Of a stretch of 64,000 nucleotides of DNA, positions 36,264 through 48,545 are shown piece after piece. The stretch is from Paragordius varius. Taxonomy: Eukaryota; Animalia; Nematomorpha. Location: contig OZ176050.1 of assembly GCA_964247055.1 (NCBI GenBank), positions 3,968,001 through 4,032,000 of the forward strand. Reading direction: 5' to 3'. The notes under the pieces were generated by a model. That model did no database searches and was not told the DNA's origin. It saw only the letters and a list, made by a program, of their open reading frames with translations. A program made the position numbers and the translations under genes. Within the stretch, counting starts at the first letter, position 1. Each line of letters starts with the position of its first letter.

Positions 36264-39200
36264 TCAAATTTTGGCGGCTAGGCATGTTGTTTTGTTTGAG
36301 GAAGATATTGAATGTTGGGGATGAGCGCTTGTCCAGGATGACCAATCTTGAGCTTGTTTTTGTTGTTTCATCTAATAAATGTATATACGTAAATTAAAAT
36401 TTTTAGTTTGATTACTCTCGTCAAAAATATATAAACAAGTCTGGGTGAGATTTTTGCTACACTTGTTTTAAAAACATTTTTGGAAAATAGGGAATAACAC
36501 CATAGAATGTACATCTTAAAGTTCGGCTCAATAACACAGTTTTTTTTAGGTTTAAGTTTAAAATTAAAGGTAATAAATGTTAAATAATATACCATTTTTC
36601 GGTCAAAAGCAAAACTTTTTCCTTTTCTTTAAAAAATAATATAGCGTTTGGATAAAAAAACGTTCCCTTTGACTTAAAAGTGGGATATATCTTATTAATC
36701 TATCTAAAACTATTTATTTGCTGAAATTTGAAGGCAGGTCAATTCAAAATATCATAACATAATACCCGCTGTTTGTTAGCTAGATTATGGCAACGTTGGA
36801 TCCTTTGTTGCATAAGTTGCATTTGCTTTTTCTTAGTTTTGTAGCGTCTGTTTTGGAACCATATCTTAACCTACAAAACAAAAATTTATTTTTTTTCGAA
36901 ATGTATGGATGATCCCAAATAAAATTATCTTATATAAACTTGAGTTTCAGTCAAACTAAGGTGTTGTGCCAAATCCGATCTTTCTGAGCCCGAAAGATAT
37001 TTTTGAGATTTAAAAATTGTTTCCAATTGATAGACTTGGGCATTTGAAAAAGCGGCTCTACATCGTTTTTTCTTTTTGCCGTCTCTCACGAATGCTTCAA
37101 ACTGTAAATTTGCTTCCACGATACTATTGTTAGCATTGCTATAATTATTGGTACTGAAAAAATATGGATGATATTCATAGGCTTCATTGAATGTGAAATT
37201 AAAATTATTGGATGATGGCTTATTGCTTTCACTTTCTTGGGTGGTAAAATCGAATAAACTAGGAGATTCCCCGATATAGTTTGTAGTATTGGGCAAAAGT
37301 TTTTTGTCAGTTAGATTTTCTGGACCGTCATATGATGTGTCTAAAGACAATTAAATATGAATTATCCAAATGCTGGTGATACAATTTATAAGATATTTTA
37401 ACATTATAAAGATTTAACACTTTTTTGATTTATAGAAGAGGTAGGACTAGGGTTGTGCATTTGACTGTTTCAAAAAAGTCCGGTCAGACCCGGTCAGATG
37501 GTCATGACCACTTTCCTTAAGTAAATACCATGCGATATTGGATTATGAATTACTTCTGAATTTTCAAATACCTCGCTTTTAATACTGGATATTTCAAATA
37601 AATTTTTTCCTGTTTCTTTTACACTTTCTTTGATCATTGAAATATCCAATTATAAAATGTATTTTCATTTTATTAGCTCACATATATGGAATAATTGAAT
37701 ATTTTATAAAAAGTTGGATTGTTTTCTTTTTCGAAATAACTGGATACGCTTAAATGCTAATGTTTTAAGGATGCATGTTTAACCTTTCAATTTTTTAAAT
37801 AAGCAAATTTAAATATTTATATATTTTTTTATAATATATTAAAAAATAACTTACTATTTTTCTTCCAAAAAAAAATACCAGCAATGTTTCAAGAAACAGC
37901 TGAAATGACCATGGTCAAAAAATAAATAGTCACTGACCTGGTCATGACCCGGTCAATTGACCGGATGACTTGGTCAGCACAACCCTAGGTAGGACGATAA
38001 TCATTGTACAGTTTAAATTGTAGAATAAACGCGTTTCGACTTCAAACTAAGTTCCAGCCCAGGGGCTTATTAAAACACAGTCGTGCTTGGAGAATCCAAT
38101 GCAATATAAATGGTCATAACTTCAAAGAAGCATACATCTTTTCCGAAAAAAAACCTTTAAAATTCACGATTTTAAGGTCTTATATCCTTTAAAAAACATT
38201 TTTAGTGGCACATAACTCGAAGGTCAGTTTGAAAAAAGGCTGAAAATATAATATTTACAAGTTAGACATCTACATTTTCAAAGACAACTAAAAGCAAGGA
38301 ATTTCGTTTGGATGCAAAATAGACCCAAAAATTTGACTTCATTAAACAAATCTTAATGGTTATATAGATAAACTTTATTAATAAATCTTATTGAGTCAAT
38401 CAAAAATAAATAAAACGAATCACTAAAAAATATAAATAAGGTCACAGACCACATCATTTATTATAAATTAATTAAAAAACTATTCATTTCAAAATTCTAT
38501 ATGTTAACTAATCTAGAAAATATTTAACAAAAAATGTTTCATGTATAATCAACTTTTAATGATTTTTCGATAATGATGTTCCACATAGTAATTAGGGAAT
38601 AATTTTCCATTATATATAATAATAATTTTAATTTTACAGTAAAACAGACGCCTAACTTATCAAAAAATGTTGCCAAAACGTTTAATAGAAGAATTAATTT
38701 AACGTAATATTAAATAGAATTTTTGAAAAATCTTGGTTTTTACGAATATTTTTTTAAAAAATAATGAATGGTTCAATAACAAAGTATAAGAAAATTACAA
38801 TATCTAAAAGAGAGAGATAATGGAAATATAAGTAATTGATTTATATCTAAAAAAAATAGATTTATTTAAATTGCTGTGTAAATTACAATTATTAATATTA
38901 TATTATTATATGGAAAAGAGCATTATATAATTTTTTAGCTATCCAAAAAATTGTGCAAATGTTCTTTTGTTACTTATACATCAGAAATAAAAACAACAAT
39001 AATATTCAATCATATTTTGATTTCACGAAATAATTTTTTATAGAAAATAAATTATATATAATCATAATATATATATATTAAATACTTAAAGAGAAATATA
39101 TAATAATTCATATTAAATTGAAATCTGCAGGACATATTAACTAATCGCACCATAAATTCTGGACACTATGAATAAAAATTCATTGTCGATATGATTTTAA

Positions 39201-40451
39201 AGTTTTTTAGTCATCTCAAAATTTAATTTAAAATTTATTTCATGATATATTATTTTAGGCTTAAGAATCAGGGCCAAAAAGAAAATTTACATTGTATAAA
39301 CTTTTTTTTGAAAAAATTTAATATTAACGTACAGCTAGGGTTAGGTCGAACCGCTAATAAAAATAACTAATCAAAATTGTAACCTACTATTATTAACATA
39401 AAATCTATTATAAAATTCCATAAAACTAAAATATATTGTGTAAAAAATGTGGATTTGACATTTTTATCATTCGCATTAATGGTTATGATTATAAAAATTC
39501 CTATATTAGACTCGGTCAAAAATGCAACCTATGATTTCCCTTTTTTCTTCATAAAAATTAAACGAATATTGAAATAAATTACCAAAATAATGAATTAGTA
39601 ATTGGCAAAACCTAATTATTAAGTGAAACTAATAAATGATTTTTTCGCATTTTCGTGTATTTTAAAACCCTTAACTAAATAAAAAATGACATTAATAAAA
39701 GAAAACCCCAAAAATTTGTAAAAACTCCCTTTCTATCAAAATTTTTTATGAAAATAAAAATTAAATTTAGGTTACCATTCATTATGGAAGTTTCTCCCGC
39801 AACACTATTGCTGCTTAACGTAACGCTTGAATCTGTTCCAACTCTGTTGCTTGATAAATTTTTTATAGAAGGATCGTTGAGATTGAAATTTGGTAAGTTA
39901 TTGTTGATGTTATTATTTGCATTACTCAAAAAACTTGTCATCATATTATGCGTAAAAATAAGGGGATATTTATCCATCATATCCATATAATAATGCATAT
40001 AAAAGTTAAAACTATCAGCTAAATTACACGGTCGGCCATTAACCATTGACAGTATTTTTTTCATTTCATTGCCATCTGTGCTAAATAAAACTTCGGGAAT
40101 TCGGTAATCGATTAAACTCTGGCTTGCGACATTAATTAAAGGTTTATTAAGAATGGATTCTTCCAATTTTGGATCACATCCATTTGCTAAATCGTTTGCG
40201 TTAAGTTTTTCTTTTGCCAAGTTATTTATGTTAAAATCGTGATTCAGGAATCTGTTCGCCCAGGATAAAGGAAAATTTTGAAAGCATTTACCAGAGTCCA
40301 CTTGTCTATTACTGAGAATATTGCACGAGTTAATAGGGTATCCAGATTTATCATTTATATTATTATCACTTTTATGCGTTTTGTGAGACAGGATTGCGTC
40401 AATACTGAAGGGATTGTTGGCTGCCCCCAATTTGTTTGATTGACTAAACAT
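36264..40451 (-). CDS. NK3/bagpipe-class homeobox transcription factor
   Basis: Exon 39776-40451 carries a TN/eh1 motif ([10 protein letters not shown]). Exon 36940-37340 has [44 protein letters not shown]. After a 69-nt intron, exon 36766-36870 has [16 protein letters not shown] (Tyr54 marks the NK2-4 group; RAAFS/YLS..ER/KTK.KQ fit NK3). The last exon (36264-36371) is tentative. Confidence 0.88.
37448..37987. mobile_element. hAT MITE in the homeobox gene intron
   Basis: TIR TAGGGTTGTGC...GCACAACCCTA with perfect TSD GGTAGGAC; subterminal GGTCA/TGACC repeats. Confidence 0.92.
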
Positions 40452-43400
40452 AATAATTTCCCGGAGCGATTTAACACCAATATCAAAAAAAAATTAAGTA
40501 GGGAATTTTATATATACTTTTGTATTCTCAAAAATTATATATTGGTTATTTTGAAAAAAAAGCACAATAAATACTATACTATGCTATACTAAACCAACCA
40601 CAAAAACAATCAAACATACTTATAATTGATATATGTGCATCTCTCACATCCTAATTCTTCTCTTATTATTCATAATAATCGTAAGATTCGATTGATTGCT
40701 CTTTTGCACAACATAATGCATAATATGCACTTTCTTCATATTTAGTTTTTATATATTTTTTAATGAACAGTGCGAAGGCAAAATTGTTTATATTTTTTTC
40801 GAATTTCGAAATAGCTCCAACACTTTAAAATTCAAAAACAATATATCAAAGATTCATTAAGTCGTCAGCTGTCTTTAAAAATTTAAATATGCCTTCCGAA
40901 TGCCTTTAATTTATGCAAATTTAATAGATTTTTTAAAATCTATCATATAATTTATAACTAACTTATAATTTTCTATTTTCTTCAATGAATACATTTTAAT
41001 TTAACCACCATAAAAAATAAACCATTAGCGTAGCGCCGTAATTTATGATTATTATGAGATTTTAAAAATCTTTCATATATAATTAAATTTAAACATTAAT
41101 TAACACACCACAAAGAGTTTCTATCCACTCTACCATTCTTTCAATCCCATAAATCATTAGCGGAAAGTCTATTTTGCTATTTTCCCTTTATTTCCTTTTT
41201 GCGTTAAAAAATAATTTTTTACGTTTAATTTTAAAATATAACTTAAAATTTCGTAGCTTTTACAAATTAGGTTTAAATTATATGCATAGGGTGTAAGCCC
41301 ATTTTGGGGGAAAAATTTTAAACAATTCATTCTACATTATATTTTATTGCTGTCAATCATTAGGCTTGCAATATTTGAATACATTTTGATTGATGTTGCG
41401 TTTTAATGTAACAGTTGCTTTGTAGCTGTTTTATAAAGTAAAACATTAAAAGTTAATTTATAAAAATATATTCTATACCATTTTTAATTAACTATTTATA
41501 GATAATTATAAAAATATAGATTAATATTTTAATTTGGAGCAAAGTATATAAATAAGGGTTTTATCCGGTCAATTATTATAATGCTATTTTGATAATTGGC
41601 GGGATACTTTTTCATTCTTTTGTCTGCGAGGACTGAAAGTTTTTTTTGGTTAAAATTATATTTATCCGGTTTTCCTGTATCAGATAAAAAAAATAGAATT
41701 TTTATAGTTAATTAACTTTCAAAGTCCAAATTACACATATGGCTCAAAAACACGATTAAAGCAAACAGCTGAAACTAAGGTCAATAAATATTAAAAATTT
41801 GCGGGAAATTGTAATTTTAAAGCTTTCAAATGTTAATTATATAAATTAATTTAACCACAATATACATTTATTTGCCTGTAGTCTTTACGATTTAAAAAAA
41901 ATAAAGAAAAAAAAGGCGGCAATAAAGTTTTGAGATGAGGATTTTTTTATTTAGATTTAAAAAATTTTTTTTTATTATGCTCCTAAAAGAAAGAAAGCAT
42001 AATTTTAAATTTCGCCCAATTCTAAAATAGTTTCTAAGATATTTCTCTGGGATATAAAACTACACCAAAAGTTCTTGTTAATACTCAGTAATCAGTCTAC
42101 ATTTTTACAATTTTAATTATAGCCTATCCTAATAACATCGGGCCTAATCTAATATTTGTTACAATTATGATTTTTACCAGTTAAATGTAAAATCATACGA
42201 TCATAATAAATTCAATTGAAAGTTTTATTGCCGATCCATAAAAAATTTAAAAAAATTACTTTTTAAATACTAAATTATAACATAAAACATTTATGCATAT
42301 ACTAAAGCAGTGCACACGCCAATTTTTTGATATCCGTTGACCATAAATTATATATCAAAGTTAAAAATTTATTTAAAATGTTTTAAGGTTAAAATATATG
42401 GTTTAGGGATTTTTATAATTATGATGTAATTTTATTATTTTTTTGCAATGAAGTGTAATAAAACGGAGAAGACAAAATGGATTTTCAGGATTAGCCAACA
42501 GGGAGAGATTTATATAAAAAAGGGTGCCTACAAAACTATCTCGGAAAAGAATATAAATTATATATGTAAAAATGCACATAAAACGTATATAGAATAAAAT
42601 TGACCATTTGTGGTTAATAATATGGTATGTTATGATAAGATTAGATCGGATTGAATTGGATTGATTACATCATTAAAATGTTTATTTTTATGTTTCGTAA
42701 TCCTACCTCCCATCAAAAGTGTAAAACCAAACTTTTCAAGATCATCAAATATCGATAACATTAATTAATCATTAACAAAATTATGTATATACTCTACATA
42801 TAATTTTGCACATCCTCTAATTTTTAACTTTATTTTGATTTATGCAATGAAAATCAGACTTGTAAAATAAAATATATCGCTTAAAACTAACACTTCATAA
42901 GTAAAAATATGTTTCAGTTCATTTCCTAAATCTTGTTAACCTCTTTCAAGAATTGATCAAAATATTTACATGTAAAATCTCTGAAATATACCACAAGCAA
43001 TTTATCATCAATATTGTATGGATCAAAGTAATAAAATGATTATTTGATTAATCATTAGCAAATTTTTTAGCTTGGAAATATGTTTGTTTTTAGGTCAAAA
43101 TTATGCAATATTGATCAAATTACAAAGTTGGGTTTACGTAAAATTATCATTATGGTTGACTTTCCAAATTTGTAGGCAAATACATCTTCATTTGGTTCTA
43201 AAGGGCCGTGTGATTAGTACAAAAATGTTGGTTCAAATTTTTTTATCAACACAACTGGCTTAAGGGACTCATTTACACAATTCTACCCTTGTGGAAATCC
43301 ATAAATGATTATCGATTTAATTTATCAATAATAAAGTTCTGATCCAATTACAAAATAATTGTTAATAAGTTGCGAAACCAAAATTTTTGCCCTGCCTTAA

Positions 43401-46400
43401 ATGTCTTTTTTGTCATTTCAGCGGTAATCATGTGACCCACGACCTGATATTTGTTGCTTGCAAAATAAATCTCGTATGCTCAAAGAATAATTTTTTTATT
43501 AATAATATTTTTGAAATGTCTATTTGATATTTATTTAAGTATTTGTGTTCTGTAAAAATTTTAAAACTAAAATGAAATATTTTTAAGCAAAAAATGCATA
43601 ATTGGGAATCAAATCAAAACATTAGTTTAAGCATAAATGCAAATACGATGTCTTTTACCATTCCTGCGTGTGTGTTTTTCATTCACCATTTAATTAAGCA
43701 CATTGTGTAAATATGATTTATTTTTTATTATTTAATATCAAAGCTCTCACACAAATATTTAGGATAGATTTAAGACGCAGGACTTTTTTAAAATGAGGCC
43801 TGAAAGAGTGGCTCAACTACGTTCGATGCATTCAAAAATGAATTATTTTACCAAATGAGCTTACTCGTCTTCGGGAAAATTAAGCCAAAATTTTACATTT
43901 ACATACATATGAAGAAATAGGACATAAAATGTTTCATAAGACGGACTCTAATTTGTAAATACAAGCCTTTCCAGCTCATGTTAGGAGAATTTTATTGTTT
44001 TGCCATTAACGGAGATTTTTGATTGAAACATGATTGGGGTTGGGGTAAATAAGGGTATTTGATGAAGGGCCATTACCATGATTGGCAAATTTATAAAAGA
44101 AATGTATAAAAGCGCATAGGTATATTTCTGGCCTAGGCCTGGAATTTTTTCTGATTTACTCGTTTCTATGTAAGAAGCGCATTTTACAACGGTAAGCCCT
44201 ACTCAAGCGCTATTAAAAATATCTCAGTTATAACTACTTCATGAGAGAAAAATCTCATGCGCTTTCCAAATCGGTTAAAAAAAATATTTCTTATTTTTTT
44301 GGGGAAAGCGTTATTATATGGGTGAAAAGAATTACGCGACTATATTGGGCGCATCCGTTAAAAACATTTTTATATAAATTTGAATAGGTCTTGCCATTTT
44401 TCGGAATCGATTCAAAACCTTAAATCTGTATGAATTGCAGAGTCATATCAGCGGTACCGAATGCGGCCCACGCTACAATTATATATGGAGGTACACGAAA
44501 CATTATATTCATTTATATATATGAAATATCTATAGTATTTGAATATAAATGCCGATATTTTTTCCGGAAAATTAATTTGGATTATATCCAAAAATTTATT
44601 AATATTATGACTGACGAATATTTTACATTGGGTTTATCATATTTTTACCGCAAGAATTTTGTTAAAAATTCAGATGGTTCAAAATTATAAACAGTAATTC
44701 ACTTCAAGAGGTCTGTTGTCGCTAAATATTTTTTCATTCTAATAAAACATTTTGGAGGATATCTTATGCTCAACACCTTTTCCTTCCCTATTTCAACCCC
44801 AACATATAGAATCTCGATTGGAAAGACAACTTGAAATGAATGATGTTGTCAGTATTAAGATTTTAGCGCATATCACAAATATGGTATTTATTATTTTAAA
44901 TATTTTTAGAGTTTGGGTTTAATAAAATATTTATACTACCATATATTGGGAAAACCTTAGAAAAATAAAGAACACTTTCCTCTTAATACGGCAGCGTTTG
45001 TAATTTGGTAATTTAAAAAGTAACCATTAGTTCCATTTTTTGATGAAGCATGCAAGTTAAATCAGGTAATTATAATATATAATGCGATAATTGATTTTTT
45101 TTTAAAAAAACTATAATTCAAGCTTTTTGTTACATTTGTTTCCACAAAACAAAACTACAGGAAAACTTATTTGTTCAAAAAATTATATTGTTTAAACCAA
45201 GGGTGTGCGTGCACTGATCAGAATTTGGAAAATTACGAATAAATAAATTCAATAATTTGAAAAAATTATTGTATTTATAAAATAGGTAAAAATGATAATT
45301 CTATAATTTAATTTAATAAATCTTCCCAATATTTGGCAATGAACTAGCAAAAAATATTTTTTTACAGTTATATATGTTTGAAATTTAATAAGATTTTTAT
45401 TAACCATATATTTTGGACAAAAAGGCGGCCCGCAAAACATTTGTGTTGGGAAACTCTGATTTAAATCTAATAGCGAATGCATAAAAATTTGTTGTATTGT
45501 TAAAATTTAACACACACATGCGCCACCGACCCCTGTAAGTTAATCCCCATATTTAAAACGAATATGAAATTTCCCTTTTTATCATGACCCTAATTACAAC
45601 AAAGTACTCGATGTAATCCTTCTAACCTCGAGGTCAGAGGTATCCAACATGCCAACCTCCGAAATATTTCTGCAGCTCCCGAGAAATATTAAATGCATAT
45701 TGCACCAATTCTAAGTAAAATTAATTTTATGTAAGTTTAAATTTTTCCAAATTTCGGCAACGAATTACAAAAAAAAATTGTTGAAATAAATAATAGTTTA
45801 TACAGTGTTATATTTAAAATCTAATAAAACATTTCGTGCCCATACTTTTTGTGAATGCTACTCGTCGGGTTTTTTATCCAAAAATGCGGTCCGCAAAGCC
45901 ATTTGTGGTGGACACTCCTCCTTCAGGGTAACCCAACAAAATAAAAACAAAAATGTTTTGAACCATTTTATAATTTCCAATCAGTTTGATATCACTATTA
46001 TTCAATAAAATTGGGTTTTTACCCAAAAAAATATTGAAAAGTTAAATGATAAAAATAGACGTGAATACGGTTGAAGTAAAGATGAAGTATTTTATCTAAA
46101 ACGTCTGATGTTCATATTGTGAAAACAACCATGTAAAAATCATAATACCAAAATAGAGTGAAAAATACTAATCTTAACATATTTCTTTAATATATTTATT
46201 AATATTCTTATGCCATATCATTTATTCATTTAAAATTTTCATGCCTTATGCCCATACCCACTCTATTATGATAAAACCGCAGGTCACAGGGTATGGCAAT
46301 AGGTTTAAACAATATAGTTGATAGAAAATATATTATTGCAGTGCAGGGGTATCCAACACGCTTTGTTTGTTATGCAAAAGTGCTCTGAAAAATGGAAATA

Positions 46401-47638
46401 ATAATGGATTTTTATCAAAAATTTACAATTATTTAGGAATATATCATCCAAAATTGGGCTTAAAATAAATAAAAAAGCATTACTTATTAAAGGAACCCGC
46501 GAAGATATCTGTGTTGGACACCCATTTTGTAAAGCAATAAAAAGGTCAATTTTACCAATTAACATCAAATTGAACAATAATTTTATCGGGTAGGCAAGAC
46601 TGGCTAATTATATTAATGTTTAACTTTTTTATCTAATTATTGTCGATATTATTTTCAAATAGATATTAGAATATTATTAAAACAATAAAATTACTTAATT
46701 TACTTATAATAACAACAAATCAATTACAATATATTTTTTTGCGTATGTGAATTGGTTTCTAGAATAATCGGATCCCTTATGTTCCCAACTCTTCTGCTAA
46801 CGCAAACACACGGTATGAAATATTTTTTAGTAGTAATTGCATTAAAAATTTACATTATTACATATCAATTGCGATTGATTACTTAATACGTTAAAACGAT
46901 TGAAAATAATTTTGAATGAAGTTTATTAAACCATGCAATATTCAATTCAGCATAGTATTATGAATATTTATTTAATCATTAAAATACCATTAACATTTAA
47001 TGATTGGTGTGGTATAAAAAGAATCTCATGAGATTGAGAGCATTTGGTCAAATTAAATGTAATGTTTTATAAATACTCTTCTTATTATTTTGAGCAATGA
47101 TGAATGGCTCCATATGTGCATATTTTTTAGCTTGTTCCAATAAATTTTTTTCCTTCATCCTGACAAAAATGCAATGTAATTTCATTTAGAGAGTTTTTTT
47201 AACTATTGTCAATGGGTAAAAAAACAATAGTTAAGTTATTTAAATAAGACGCAGTACGATTTAAGATCTAACTCTGTCTTTTAATTTATAGTTTACTGCC
47301 TTGAATGGGATTTTTATAATATAAAACCTTTTTGATTTTTGACCATATCAATTATTAAAGGAGATGCTGTTTCCTTATCGAGAAAGAAATCCTTGAGACT
47401 TTTTTTCATGGCGTTGTAATTAATATGAAAGTGTTGATGCTCAATATAACTATATTTTGTTACTAACGATTTGGTTATGAATTTAGAAATCAATTATTGG
47501 TTATATTTAAGGTGACCAGATTTTTTGAAGGAAAAAGCGGGACAAATTTGAGAAAGGGGGGAAGGCATGGGGGGGGGGGTACAACCAAAAATTTTTATAC
47601 AAAAAATTATGGTAATATTTATTTATTTTTAATACAAA

Positions 47639-48157
47639 TCTATAAAATTATAAAAATGGAAAATGCTGGCTGTGTGATCTGTTTCCATAAAACCGGTTGA
47701 CCTATTCAAATCCAAATGTCGAAAAAATATAATCATTTCGCCATTTTTTGAATTGGGCCCCTAGTTCGGGCCCACCCCGTGTAAAAAACGGTTTTTTTTG
47801 AAAACAGAAGTCCACAAAAATCGTGTCTTTGAGATTTTCCGGAAATTCAATTTCAAATATGATTTTTGTTTTCTTATTTTCGATTGTGCCGAACATAATC
47901 GGATCGCTTTTCTAATTTAGGCCCTCTCGCTCCCCCCGTAAAATGCCATTTTTTTCAAAAAACAAAGTCCACAAAAATAATTTTTTGGATCTATTTCACG
48001 CCCAAGTATACAATATATTAGTATGAATGCACCGTTTTAAAATTCCTATGAGATCATAGCTATTAATTAATGTTTCGAAATAATCCACATATGTGGATCC
48101 TTTTATTGTCCCTTTATCAAATAGCCCCCCTCCCCCGCAGCACGAGATTGACGCTAG
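47639..48157 (+). mobile_element. Short non-autonomous Helitron nested in the hAT
   Basis: A|TCTATAAAATTATAAAAATGG...CACGAGATTGACGCTAG|T. Confidence 0.88.
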
Positions 48158-48196
48158 TACATTATAAATATAAAAAAATATATTCCTTGGTATATA

Positions 48197-48545
48197 CCAT
48201 TTACAGTTCAAGTTCACCCTTGAACAATTCAAATTCACCCTTGAACAATTCAAATTCACCCTTAAACAATTCAAATTCACCCTAAAAATAAATTGTGTGT
48301 TTTCGAACTAGTATAATTCATTATTAATATGAAATATATGTTTATGGTGTAGTTTATTATTTTTTCAGTATTATTTTAATTTAAAACAAAACTTTTATTT
48401 TTGAAAAATATAAAAAATATAGGTAATTTTTAATCTTAAAAAACATATATTTTATTTGAGGGTGAATTTGAATTGTTCAAGGGTGAATTTGAATTGTTCA
48501 AGGGTGAATTTGAATTGTTTAAGGGTGAATTTGAACTGTAAATGG
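48197..48545. mobile_element. Foldback MITE family A, best-preserved copy
   Basis: TA|CCATTTACAG + 3 x TTGAACAATTCAAATTCACCC-type units in each arm + CTGTAAATGG|TA. Confidence 0.92.

Noticed and set aside
41150-43060. Repeated AATCATTA motif upstream of NK3 as an enhancer signature
   Set aside because: About four hits of an AT-rich 8-mer in this composition is weak enrichment and cannot be supported without conservation data.
47996-48285. Heptad-repeat peptides (VNLNCSR, NNSNSPL, NVSIDWE at 32139)
   Set aside because: These are translations of 21-bp DNA repeats in foldback elements.
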